From Candidatus Hadarchaeota archaeon (lineage in GTDB: Archaea; CAYQAE01; CAYVLA01), in contig CAZUNO010000002.1 in the NCBI GenBank assembly GCA_964621445.1, positions 13,640-77,639 on the forward strand: DNA of 64,000 nucleotides, given 5' to 3'. Position numbers and translations under genes: made by a program. Below are positions 1-9,140 of this stretch, piece after piece; positions within the stretch are counted from its first letter, which is position 1, and the number at the start of each line of letters is the position of its first letter. A model generated the notes under the pieces. The model had not been told where the DNA came from. It saw only the letters and a program-made list of their open reading frames with translations, and ran no database searches.

Positions 1-816
1 CTGCGGTATCTCGTTCCTTGTCGCCAGAAAGGCGATATTTGCCACATAATCGGGATAATACTTCCATTTCCTGACGTCGGAGGCGCCTCCAGGTGTCCAG
101 TCCGATGAGTGGGCCACGGACCGGCCTTCCCCAAATTCCATATAGGAAAGGGGCGGGTAGCTGATCTCGTCCGAGGTCAGAAGCTGGGTAGCCGCATTCT
201 TCAAGGTGATTTTATTGGTCCCGTGGAAGAATGGAATACTCTCCCAGGGAAGTGACTGGGTAAAAGGGTGTTCAATTGCCGGCCTTACCTTGAAGGAGGT
301 ATAGACCCACGGCCCCATATTGAAATTGACCGGCAACACATCTTCAAGGGGTGTCCATGGTTGTCCTCTGGGAGCTCCAAAGCTCTCCATGCCCCCAATC
401 ATGGCCAGCCCGAGTCCGACATCACGCACAGCATCCTCTATCCACTTCACGTGATTGTGGCCCATGAAGATGATATTGGCGTCGCTCAACACGATAAAAT
501 CATAATCACTTACCAGTGCTTCGAAAGTCCTAGGCATGTAAAGTCTAACGAACTTCTTCATCTTCCGGTTATCGAATGTATGTGCACTCCCTGTATGCAA
601 TTCGCTGGTTGGAACCGACATGACGGTGAACGCGGGGTCCACCTGGAATTTTGGAACGGGGGATGGGCCCCAACCGTCTCCGATATATAAGATCCTAACC
701 CTACCCGTCTCGCTATCACGCCTCCCACCCAGAACCGGGGGGAAAAATCCCGAGATTAGAATCATAGGGATCGTAATAAAAACTAACCAAGATGAAAACG
801 GCCTCAAGACCAGCAT
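1..816 (-). CDS. Membrane-anchored GATase1-like (DUF1355-type) protein. Only the N-terminal part is present; the C-terminus runs off the window start.
   Basis: It is absent from the ORF track because no stop lies in the window. My manual reverse-strand translation from the ATG (complement of 814-816) is open to position 1: MLVLRPFSSWLVFITIPMILISG...RLYMPRTFEALVSDYDFIVLSDA...MIGGMESFGAP...DVLPVNF...HSSDWTPGGASDVRKWKYYPDYVANIAFLATRNEIPQ. It is colinear with the 4176..5441 product (RIYMPRSY, VLVLSD, MVGGFETFGAG, EVLPVEI, SHDWTPGGG, RYYGDYAINL). Confidence 0.75.
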   Translation of the reverse strand, partial: MLVLRPFSSWLVFITIPMILISGFFPPVLGGRRDSETGRVRILYIGDGWGPSPVPKFQVDPAFTVMSVPTSELHTGSAHTFDNRKMKKFVRLYMPRTFEALVSDYDFIVLSDANIIFMGHNHVKWIEDAVRDVGLGLAMIGGMESFGAPRGQPWTPLEDVLPVNFNMGPWVYTSFKVRPAIEHPFTQSLPWESIPFFHGTNKITLKNAATQLLTSDEISYPPLSYMEFGEGRSVAHSSDWTPGGASDVRKWKYYPDYVANIAFLATRNEIPQ

Positions 817-872
817 CTATGATCTAGTAAGACCCACACTTATTAGGATTTCCAAACTCGTTAAGGGATATA

Positions 873-3056
873 ATGAACCAGAATCTCGATTTGAGCTACG
901 AAAACGGGGTTATCTCCGTTCTTGACAGGGAAACCCAGAGGAGATGGAGGACCATAAAGCCATGTGCTGCTCTGAGATTGGGAAGCATGGAAGCCGACCA
1001 TCTGGATATCGACCGGGGAGGCGACATATACCTAAAGGAAAGCAAAGGTAAACTGCGAGGTAAAATTTCCACTGAAAAAGAGGGGGTCACCATAACGGTC
1101 CCTCTAGAAATCCTTATGGAGGACGGAGTTCTCGATATCTGGGTGGGCGAGGTAAAGGGCCTGCCCGAAGATATCCGGCTTGAATTGGAATTCCCCCGAT
1201 GCTTTGCCCACCTCCAGGCAGGTGCAGAAGGTTACCTGATAATTCCTATAGGTATGGGAGCTCTATGTGATTTCTCCCCCTCCAGATCTAGCAGGATTAT
1301 CACCAAGCAAATCTACTCCGGTGGCCAGACTGGCATTACCATGCCCCTGTCCGGCATCATATCCAGGGAACATACATGGGGATGCATCGTGGGAACCCCG
1401 TATGATTGTAGTATCAAGACCAGGGTAAATACGGGAAAGGACCACGTTTACGGGCAGACCCCGGTATGGACATTCGATCGAAGACTAAACTACCCGCGAG
1501 AGGCGCACTACTTTCTACTCCCGGGGGGCGATTACGTCGATGCCGCCAGAAGGTACCGTGAGGAAATGGGAAGGTCAGGGCGATGGCACTCTTTGCGGAG
1601 AAAGGCTAAGAAAAATCCTATACTGGAACTCACCATCGGGTCTCTCCTTGGTCATAGGAGATTATCCTATGAAAAACCTACCTGCGATGGGAACCTAGAT
1701 ATGGATAACTCCTACGGCTTCTTCCAAACCGCTCTAAAATCGGGTTTTGACAGAGTGGTCGTACATAATGTACTTCGTGGAGACCCGGATACCATGTCCG
1801 AGGCATCCCAATATGCCCGCTCCCTATCACCAGGTTTTCGGCTCTCCGTTTACGAGAACTACCTTGATATATTCCGTCCAGGAGAGCAGCCCGAAAAGGC
1901 GGGCGTAAAGAGATATCCAGAGTGGGACGAATCCCTTATAGCCCGGAAAGCCGACGGATCCCTCCGCCCAAACTGGAGGGTAAAGCGCAAGGGTAAACCA
2001 GATCTCTGGACCTACACGGTATGCCCTGCACGGAGGCTGAAAGTCGCCCGGCCCCAGATGGAAAGGATGTCGAGGATTTTGGGAAGGGGCTCCATCTATA
2101 TCGATGTCGAGGGCGCAGTGCCTCTTTTTGAGTGCTTTGATCGGGACCACCCGGTTACCAGGGCAGATGACGCCCAACTCCGAAGGGAACTCATCAATGC
2201 TGTTAAGCATATTTTTGGCGTGGTTTCCACCGAGGCGCTCCCCCAGGATTTTCTGGCAAAAGAGGTCGATGTTGGATCATATTTCTCCGTCTTTCCCTAT
2301 AGCGGATTTGGGAATAGCGACTCGAGGATCATGCCACCCCTAATTCCAATCCCCCTTCACCCCCTCGTTTGGCATGGATCGATACTAAACCAAACGGGAA
2401 CGGGAACCACCTTCTATCAATCTGACCCTCCCCATGCAGCGCTATTCGCATGGCTCGCGGATACTATGGATGACAAGGGAAGGCGAATAGCGTACAAGCT
2501 TAGAAACACGGGCTATGCCGAAATGGTTAATCATGAATTCCTGACCGAGCCCAGGGTAATTGTGGGGCCGGACGATGCCTTCCACTGCGATGACGTACAG
2601 AAAACCGAGTTCTCTGACGGAACTACCGTAATCGCCAACTTCGCTAGTATTCCTTACCATTGGGAAGGGAGGAAGATACCCCCCATGGACTTTATCATCA
2701 TCAACAGGAGGGTCGTGCTGAGGCTTGAGCATCCCATCAAGGCCAGCGTCGGGGAAGAGATCGAGGTGATTTTAACCGTTGAGAACACCTGGGACAGGGA
2801 GATATCCCTGGATGCTATTAAGATCGAGGGGCGAGGTCTAATACATTCGGAAAGGCCTCTAATGGAGGCTGATGTTTCCAGACTAGGTATTGGTGAAAGA
2901 ATTACGGAATCGGTATCCCTCAAGTTACCAGGGGAATCCGGTAAATTATGGTTGGTTGCTACCATACAGGTCGATGATGAGGAGCCATGGAGCGTCACCG
3001 AGCTGGCCACCTGCCAGGTATCGAGCCAAACTCCGATGGACTGCCAAATGGATTGA
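873..3056 (+). CDS. Hypothetical 727-aa protein, possibly a TIM-barrel glycoside hydrolase-like enzyme
   Basis: It is a long uninterrupted ORF with no signal peptide. The segment SIYIDVEGAVPLFECFDRDHPVTRADD resembles catalytic-barrel segments of DUF5696/GH101-129-like proteins. The function is only a guess from this and from the glycan-related neighbourhood. Confidence 0.6.
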   Translation: MNQNLDLSYENGVISVLDRETQRRWRTIKPCAALRLGSMEADHLDIDRGGDIYLKESKGKLRGKISTEKEGVTITVPLEILMEDGVLDIWVGEVKGLPEDIRLELEFPRCFAHLQAGAEGYLIIPIGMGALCDFSPSRSSRIITKQIYSGGQTGITMPLSGIISREHTWGCIVGTPYDCSIKTRVNTGKDHVYGQTPVWTFDRRLNYPREAHYFLLPGGDYVDAARRYREEMGRSGRWHSLRRKAKKNPILELTIGSLLGHRRLSYEKPTCDGNLDMDNSYGFFQTALKSGFDRVVVHNVLRGDPDTMSEASQYARSLSPGFRLSVYENYLDIFRPGEQPEKAGVKRYPEWDESLIARKADGSLRPNWRVKRKGKPDLWTYTVCPARRLKVARPQMERMSRILGRGSIYIDVEGAVPLFECFDRDHPVTRADDAQLRRELINAVKHIFGVVSTEALPQDFLAKEVDVGSYFSVFPYSGFGNSDSRIMPPLIPIPLHPLVWHGSILNQTGTGTTFYQSDPPHAALFAWLADTMDDKGRRIAYKLRNTGYAEMVNHEFLTEPRVIVGPDDAFHCDDVQKTEFSDGTTVIANFASIPYHWEGRKIPPMDFIIINRRVVLRLEHPIKASVGEEIEVILTVENTWDREISLDAIKIEGRGLIHSERPLMEADVSRLGIGERITESVSLKLPGESGKLWLVATIQVDDEEPWSVTELATCQVSSQTPMDCQMD

Positions 3057-3213
3057 TGGACAGCTGGTGCTAGGTCATTGGTTCTTTGGAAGCCAGACCA
3101 TGAAACTCTGTCCTCAGTTCATTCATCTCAGGTATTCTCTCCGGTCTTCTCTTCGGGTGTATTCTATTGGTCAGTAATATAGCCAGCATTTCCCTGGTTG
3201 GTTCTAGCCAGAT

Positions 3214-4048
3214 TTAAGTACCCGTAAACCCGGTGTGGCCGAATACCCGCCCCGAGATATCACTTCGAATCATATCTATGGGGTGCTTCCTCTTAAAGCA
3301 GGGAAGCCCATAGGCATTCTCCCCATCGGCGGACCATATCCTGGTCATTTCCCGTACAGTTCCCGGGGAGAGTAGCCTTATGCCTTTCCCGAGCATCATC
3401 CTGCAGAAGAGAGCCGGGTCCTTTACCGATGAGAATGCCCTGCTTGGCCACTCCCCCCCCCCCCCCTGAGATGGGCCCCCGTTGTGTACCTCTCCAACAA
3501 GGACATTGCCCCTTTTTGGAACCCTCTCGGTGGCGGCTATCCTCCTCCCCATACCTTTAGGAGGGCAGAACATGGTACTATACATATTCAGGGGTTTGTT
3601 TATCTCCTCACGGACATCACATCCAGATTTCGGTTAAATATCATCTCCAAAATCCGCCCCAGGAACATGAACCCGGCATCGCTAAACAGAGTTCTCTTCC
3701 CGGTCTCGTATCTCCTTTCGGCCCTGCACACGAGGTCAACTATTTGGGATTTGCTATCCGGCCTTCCAGGGGTATACCCGAGGGGAGGCTGGAACTGTGA
3801 GAGAGAAAGTGGCTAATCTTGACTCCGTCACGCCAACCCCCAGAAAAGCGGCGCACGTATCTCTTGACTGGATCCTCCGGGTCAACTTCTCCCTCCTCCG
3901 ATTTCTTCAAGAATAGGGTCCCGGTACATACCGGTTTGGTTAATGAGACCAGGTCGAACATGGTCTCCATGAACATCCCTCGCCTTTCAGGGGAAAGCTT
4001 CGCAAACCCGCTGCTCCCCTGTGATACTATCTCACCCTTCCTCTCCAC
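3214..4048 (-). pseudogene. Decayed beta-lactamase-fold serine hydrolase (class C / EstB-like), frameshifted and C-terminally truncated
   Basis: Two reverse-strand fragments lie in different frames. Fragment 3740..4048 carries FDLVSLTKPV (S-x-x-K nucleophile motif) and ISHFLSHSSSL. Fragment 3214..3585 carries LLSPGTVREM and FGHTGFTGT (KTG/HTG-type motif), followed directly by a stop where family members normally continue for tens of residues. A C14 homopolymer lies inside the second fragment. Confidence 0.6.
3453..3466. repeat. C14 homopolymer (G14 on the coding strand of the hydrolase remnant)
   Basis: Read directly from the sequence: ...ccact cccccccccccccc tgag... It encodes the GGGG run of the fragment. 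Confidence 0.95.
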
Positions 4049-4175
4049 GAGCCAAACTGCTCCCGGAAAAAGCCCCGATTCGATCTTATCATTCAGAAGT
4101 GAAGTTAACTCATGATGGATTACGAGATTTATTTTAAATAAACCCCACTGAACCGAGGAAAGTAGATCCTACCCG

Positions 4176-5441
4176 CTACCTGGAACCACGTCTAGTAATT
4201 TTTACCTCTTTGTACAACCTCTTCCTAATCATCAAGGTCCACAGGGTCACCCCTGCCACTATGCTTACCCCGGAGATACTTAGCCATTCGATTAGATAGA
4301 TCCAAAATAGGGCCTGTTCCTTTACCTTTACGGCCAGGCTCTGTATGGATTCCAGCTTACCCAAAGCTCGTCTAGCCTTTTCCAGACCGCCCGAATAATC
4401 CTGAGCCAGGTATAGATCCTCGGCCTCTCCCTTCATATCTTCCATTTCGATTATCTCATTTTCAATTTCCCTGGCACTACCTCCAAAGCTTTCCACGAAC
4501 TCTACCAGCGAGAACAGAGTACTCTTGCCCACCGAAAGTCTTTGGATGGCCTCCCTATATTGGTGAACGGTCAGGTAGTCATCGGGAAGATCCCACTGGG
4601 CCAAATAAAGCATGAGGTTGATTGCATAGTCCCCATAGTAGCGCCATCTTGACATCTCCCACCCTCCACCAGGAGTCCAATCGTGTGACATTGCATAGGT
4701 TCGTCCTTCCCCGATATCCCAGGTCGCATAGCACGGGGGATCATTGAACTTGGGGGATATCCACCTAGTCAACACCGTCGCCCCCTTCCTGGCGAATACA
4801 AGATTGCCGCCAGTGCCCAATCTAAGATATTCCGGGCGTGGTTCGTAAGGCAGGCTGGATATGAACTCGTTCTGGTATCCCTCAGGGGTTATTCTTATGG
4901 GTGCATTGCCACTTACCCAGTCCGGATCTCCGGCAGGTATCTCCACCGGTAGAACTTCCGCCGTAGGGGTACCGGCCCATGACTCGTGACCAAATCCCGC
5001 CCCAAAGGTCTCAAATCCCCCCACCATTACCAATCCCTTTCCCTCCTGAAATACCCCATCCCTTAGCCAGGAGTGTTGCTCGGATGTGAAAATCCTCCTG
5101 TTGGTATCGCTGAGTACCAAGACCTGGTATTTTTCGAGGTAATCCTGATAACTGCGGGGCATGTATATCCTCAGGGATTTATAGATGTCGGTCCAATCGA
5201 TGCCTGCGTAATGCTCCCTGGATCCCTGAACCGGGGTCACCGAAATCATAGCATCTTCTAGCATGGCCCGGTAGGGACTTACCCCGGGGTAGGGATCTCC
5301 GGTATATAGAACTCCCAGAACTCTCTCCCCTTGACCCTGAATTGGTGAAACAATTAGAATAAAACCAAAAACCAAAATGAGCACAATATTTTCCCTCATT
5401 TCAATATCGCCCAACCCAGTCCCTAAAATGGCAAAAAACAT
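4176..5441 (-). CDS. Membrane-anchored GATase1-like (DUF1355-type) protein, paralogue of 1..816
   Basis: There is an N-terminal signal/TM segment (MRENIVLILVFGFILIVSPIQG; an alternative start at 5399 is plausible). The motifs YQVLVLSDTN...GLVMVGGFETFGAG...TPTAEVLPVEIP match the putative glutamine-amidotransferase-like fold family. A C-terminal TM segment follows (ALFWIYLIEWLSISGVSIVAGVTLWTLMI). Confidence 0.8.
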   Translation of the reverse strand: MFFAILGTGLGDIEMRENIVLILVFGFILIVSPIQGQGERVLGVLYTGDPYPGVSPYRAMLEDAMISVTPVQGSREHYAGIDWTDIYKSLRIYMPRSYQDYLEKYQVLVLSDTNRRIFTSEQHSWLRDGVFQEGKGLVMVGGFETFGAGFGHESWAGTPTAEVLPVEIPAGDPDWVSGNAPIRITPEGYQNEFISSLPYEPRPEYLRLGTGGNLVFARKGATVLTRWISPKFNDPPCYATWDIGEGRTYAMSHDWTPGGGWEMSRWRYYGDYAINLMLYLAQWDLPDDYLTVHQYREAIQRLSVGKSTLFSLVEFVESFGGSAREIENEIIEMEDMKGEAEDLYLAQDYSGGLEKARRALGKLESIQSLAVKVKEQALFWIYLIEWLSISGVSIVAGVTLWTLMIRKRLYKEVKITRRGSR

Positions 5442-5506
5442 GAGATTTTATAAGTCATTTTGAGTTAACTCGTAATTACGCAATAAAAATCTACCTGGAA
5501 ACGCTT

Positions 5507-6208
5507 TTGACCGCGAGACACTTCAAGCAATCTAGGCCTTTTACAAAGACACTTATATCCCGTCATTTCAATTATCTATCGATAGGCTTGGCATATAAGT
5601 TCGCTTTCGATCTCACAGGTATTTCCCGCTCCTTCTTCCGAGAGATAGCCAAGGTATCGGAACAGAGAAATATTCACCGGAAACTTGGTAGCATCGCCGA
5701 ACATATGATGAACAAGTTCAATCTAAAGGAGGCCACCGGTCTTCCCCTAAATGATGCGGTCACCCTGCTAAACGATATGGTTGACATCTATGCAAAAAAC
5801 CTATCCCAGGAGGAGGACTTTCGAAGGACCGAGAAACGTGCGCTACTCCTCCCCCACTGCGCTAGAAAGTATATGGATAATAGATGCCAGGCAAAATTTG
5901 ATCCCCAGCTCTCAACCTACAGGTGTCAGCATTGCTCACAAGACTGCCTAATCAGCCAGGGCGTTGAAATTGGCGAGAGCCACGGGTATGATGTATACGT
6001 CCTCCCGGGGGGGTCATGTATCCACAAGCTACTAATCCACTGCAACTATGACGGCATAGTGGGAGTTGCCTGCCCAAACGAGATACAGCTCGGCATGCAG
6101 GAACTGGATGGCGTAATGCCCTTCCAGGCCGTCCCCCTGCTGAGAAACGGTTGCTCAAATACGAAATACAATCCCGAAACCCTTGAGGATGTTCTAATCA
6201 ACTCCTAA
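5507..6208 (+). CDS. DUF116 family Cys-rich protein
   Basis: LLLPHCARKYMDNRCQAKF...YRCQHCSQDC...VLPGGSCIHKL...VGVACPNE matches the conserved LLLPHC / C-x2-C / GGS pattern of DUF116. The start codon is uncertain. Confidence 0.6.
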   Translation: MTARHFKQSRPFTKTLISRHFNYLSIGLAYKFAFDLTGISRSFFREIAKVSEQRNIHRKLGSIAEHMMNKFNLKEATGLPLNDAVTLLNDMVDIYAKNLSQEEDFRRTEKRALLLPHCARKYMDNRCQAKFDPQLSTYRCQHCSQDCLISQGVEIGESHGYDVYVLPGGSCIHKLLIHCNYDGIVGVACPNEIQLGMQELDGVMPFQAVPLLRNGCSNTKYNPETLEDVLINS

Positions 6209-6335
6209 TCCCGCTACATATTTCCCCGGGCCTTCTGGAAGAGGCGTATTTCCATCCATTATTACAGGCTGGCAACATTTAAGATTCCGATTGGCCCTAC
6301 GCACTTTTACCCTCACTCGAGCTGGGGCATCTTCA

Positions 6336-7175
6336 ATGAGTGATGACATAACCAGGATCATGGTCGTTGGGCTGAAGGAGGTGGACGCCGGCAAGACCAC
6401 AGTATCCAGGGCCGCTTTGTCGCTGATGCGAGAAAGGGGATTGAATGCCTGCGGTTTCAAGCCCAAGGCAGGGAATAATATCTGGTACGATTTCGATGTC
6501 GTGGACGAAGCCCTTTCCCAGGGTAGGCTATTCGGCAAGGATTCCAAGCTTCTATGTAGGGCCTCCGGGACCGACCTACCGGAGGAAGCCATTAGCCCCT
6601 TCCACCGGCTGCTCGGTGTACCCCCGGAACATCGTACAAATGGTATTCCGGAGTCATTATACTTCATAGCCGATAGGGTCACCGCGTGGGAGGACGACCA
6701 GGAGCAAACACTGGTCCTGAACCGCATGTTTGACCTGGACATGGAAACCAATTCCCTTCTCTCCAAAGTCAAGCGTAATAGCGACACCAGGATTGAAGTT
6801 GGGTCATCGGAGAAGCTAAATGAGGTGTTCATAAACCGATACCTAAGGGCCATCGAATCCGCACATGAACTGGTATATGCCGAGAGCGATGCCATGGTCT
6901 ACGAAAGTTATGCTGACGTGGCCTTGCCCTGGTCCGGAATAGATAACCTCGATATGGTTCTCGGCGTGGAACCGGGATTTATCCTGGAATACGACCCGGA
7001 AAAATATCTTCAGGCAGCAAGGATGTACTCTAATTTTCTAAACGAAGGCACCACCCGGCGCATAATTAAGCTTCTGAAGCCACGCCGTAAAGCGACATTT
7101 CCCCCTTCCACCACAGATAGAAATGTTGAAACCGCAAAGGAAATTCTCAACGATGGCTGGTCGCTAGGCGAATAG
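6336..7175 (+). CDS. P-loop protein of the dethiobiotin-synthetase/CobQ-like (DTBS-like) fold
   Basis: MSDDITRIMVVGLKEVDAGKTTVSRAALSLMRERGLNACGFKP resembles the G-x-D-x-GKT P-loop plus the downstream 'KP' element of BioD-like ATPases. I chose the ATG at 6336 over the TTG at 6291 used by the track. Confidence 0.55.
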   Translation: MSDDITRIMVVGLKEVDAGKTTVSRAALSLMRERGLNACGFKPKAGNNIWYDFDVVDEALSQGRLFGKDSKLLCRASGTDLPEEAISPFHRLLGVPPEHRTNGIPESLYFIADRVTAWEDDQEQTLVLNRMFDLDMETNSLLSKVKRNSDTRIEVGSSEKLNEVFINRYLRAIESAHELVYAESDAMVYESYADVALPWSGIDNLDMVLGVEPGFILEYDPEKYLQAARMYSNFLNEGTTRRIIKLLKPRRKATFPPSTTDRNVETAKEILNDGWSLGE

Positions 7176-7303
7176 GGAATCTCCACCCTTAACCTTGCCT
7201 AAAAATATAAAACCCTCTCAGGGCAGCCAGCGTGCCAACAGTTTAATTATTCCCCGGCCAAACGGGTTTCGTTGTCCATCTGGAAACCCGAGGAAGATAT
7301 TCC

Positions 7304-8698
7304 ATGACTGATGAAAGATTCGTACGGCCAGAAGGCCCCAACATATTGATGGTTATGTCCGACCAACATAGAGGGGATTGGCTGGGCTGTGCGGGAGCGA
7401 GTTGGCTCAAGACTCCAAATATAGATGCTCTTGCCAAGAGAGGCGCCCACTTTCGCAATGCCGCCTGCAACTCTCCACTATGTGCCCCAAGTAGAGCCTC
7501 TCTCGCCAGCGGGCTACGCTGCAGCAACGTAGGGGTCTATCTAAATTCCCACCTTTACCCTCTTTCAACCCCCACATACTACCAGGTTCTCCGGCAAGGA
7601 GGGTATCGAGTGGGATGCGTGGGCAAGACCGACCTCCATAAGCGAGACCACTGGGAAGGGGTGAATGGTGACCGCCCGATTATGTATCACCTGGGCTTTA
7701 CAGATCCCATGGAAACCGAGGGAAAGGGCAGCGCATCTAGATATGCCCCCAAGGGAGTATGCCCATATACCAACTATCTCCTGAAGAGGGGGTTGGCGGA
7801 AAAATTCAACGAGGATTACAACAAGACCAGAAACACACAATGGTACAGCGCGGATTCAGTGCTGCCCCTTGAGGCTTATCACGACCACTTCGTTGGCCGC
7901 AACGCGTGTAAATTCCTGGAAAATGTAAATACCGAGTCCCCCTGGCACTATTTCGTCAGCTTTGTTGGTCCACACAGCCCCTGGGATGCCCCCAGTGAAT
8001 ACGCGGAGAAGTTCGACCCCGAGGACATGCCCGTTGAAAAGGCCGTACGTGATGACTGTACCGGGAAGCCGGAGAATGTCAAGAGGCGCCATGAAAAGGG
8101 GAGCAGAGGCCTAACCGACGAAAGACTGGCCGGTGCCTGGCAGCAATACGCGGGAATGATAAATCTCATAGACGATTTCATGGGTAGGTTCGTGGATATT
8201 CTGAAAGACCGGGGGATGTATGACAATACGGTCATCATATATTGCTCCGATCATGGGGAGATGATGGGTGATCACGGGATATTCCACAAGACGGTATTTT
8301 ACGAGGGCGCCTTGAGAATCCCCCTGGTGATTGCTGGGCCGGGAATAAAATCCATCGGAACCAGCGATGCCCTGGTGGAACTCGCGGATATGGCCCCCAC
8401 CATCCTGGAAATGGCCGGGCTGGAAGCCACCTTCCCAATGGATGCCAGATCGCTTGTACCAGTGCTCCGGGGCGATAGAAAGGAATTCCGAGAAAAACAG
8501 ATCAGTGAAGTCGGCTGCTCCAAGATGCTTTACGATGGCCGGTACAAATACATGGAGCATTCCAGGGACCTCGACGAACTATACGACCTGGAGAATGACC
8601 CCCAGGAGCTCGAAAACTTGGTCCAGAGCAACGAGGAGAAGGCAAATGATATGAGCTCCCGGCTAAGGGGAGGGCTTCGAGCCCCTGCTCCTGGCTGA
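7304..8698 (+). CDS. Sulfatase (formylglycine-dependent, Cys-type); no signal peptide
   Basis: NILMVMSDQHRGD, canonical C-x-P-x-R in NSPLCAPSRASLASG, CSDHGEMMGDHG, and C-terminal ELYDLENDPQELENL (typical sulfatase tail). Confidence 0.9.
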   Translation: MTDERFVRPEGPNILMVMSDQHRGDWLGCAGASWLKTPNIDALAKRGAHFRNAACNSPLCAPSRASLASGLRCSNVGVYLNSHLYPLSTPTYYQVLRQGGYRVGCVGKTDLHKRDHWEGVNGDRPIMYHLGFTDPMETEGKGSASRYAPKGVCPYTNYLLKRGLAEKFNEDYNKTRNTQWYSADSVLPLEAYHDHFVGRNACKFLENVNTESPWHYFVSFVGPHSPWDAPSEYAEKFDPEDMPVEKAVRDDCTGKPENVKRRHEKGSRGLTDERLAGAWQQYAGMINLIDDFMGRFVDILKDRGMYDNTVIIYCSDHGEMMGDHGIFHKTVFYEGALRIPLVIAGPGIKSIGTSDALVELADMAPTILEMAGLEATFPMDARSLVPVLRGDRKEFREKQISEVGCSKMLYDGRYKYMEHSRDLDELYDLENDPQELENLVQSNEEKANDMSSRLRGGLRAPAPG

Positions 8699-8766
8699 GG
8701 GGAGAGATTCGAGGCCCTTGAAGGAAACAAAGTTATTCAACGGTTTGACTTCTGAACCGTGGTAAA

Positions 8767-9051
8767 ATGGGATATGCAGCTGGTGCTTCAGCCGGGGCGG
8801 TAGCGGCCGCCGAAGCAAAAAAAGCGTTAATAGGTGGGTTGCTAGTTGAGGTTGAACCCCAGGTATTCACCAACCTGGCCTCCGAGAACAAGGAACAAAC
8901 CTGCGTCACCGGTGAGGTGGGCACAATACGCAAAAAGAAAGTATACGCATTCTCAATCAATGGCCTGGTAATAATGACCAAGAGTGATGAGGACCTGCCG
9001 CTATCCAACAAGATGATCAGGGCAGGAAAGATCTCGATACCCTCCCTGTGA
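8767..9051 (+). CDS. Hypothetical small protein (94 aa)
   Basis: The ORF fills the gap between two same-strand genes. I recognise no motif. Confidence 0.35.
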   Translation: MGYAAGASAGAVAAAEAKKALIGGLLVEVEPQVFTNLASENKEQTCVTGEVGTIRKKKVYAFSINGLVIMTKSDEDLPLSNKMIRAGKISIPSL

Positions 9052-9140
9052 TATAGTTCCCTTTTCCCACCCTTACCTTAATCAATTCGGGCCACCCCGG
9101 TTTCTCTAGCGAAGGTGTTAATCTGAAATCCTACCGGGAA

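Noticed and set aside
268-925. Plus-strand ORFs 268..690 and 620..925 from the six-frame track
   Set aside because: They lie antisense to, or overlap, an open minus-strand frame (1..816). That frame has clear paralogy to the 4176..5441 protein. The plus-strand translations have no recognisable motifs and an odd composition, so they are shadow ORFs.
6194-6895. 233-aa minus-strand ORF
   Set aside because: It is antisense to the P-loop (GKT) gene at 6336..7175. It is rich in Ser/Arg/Leu, as is typical of antisense frames, and it has no motifs.
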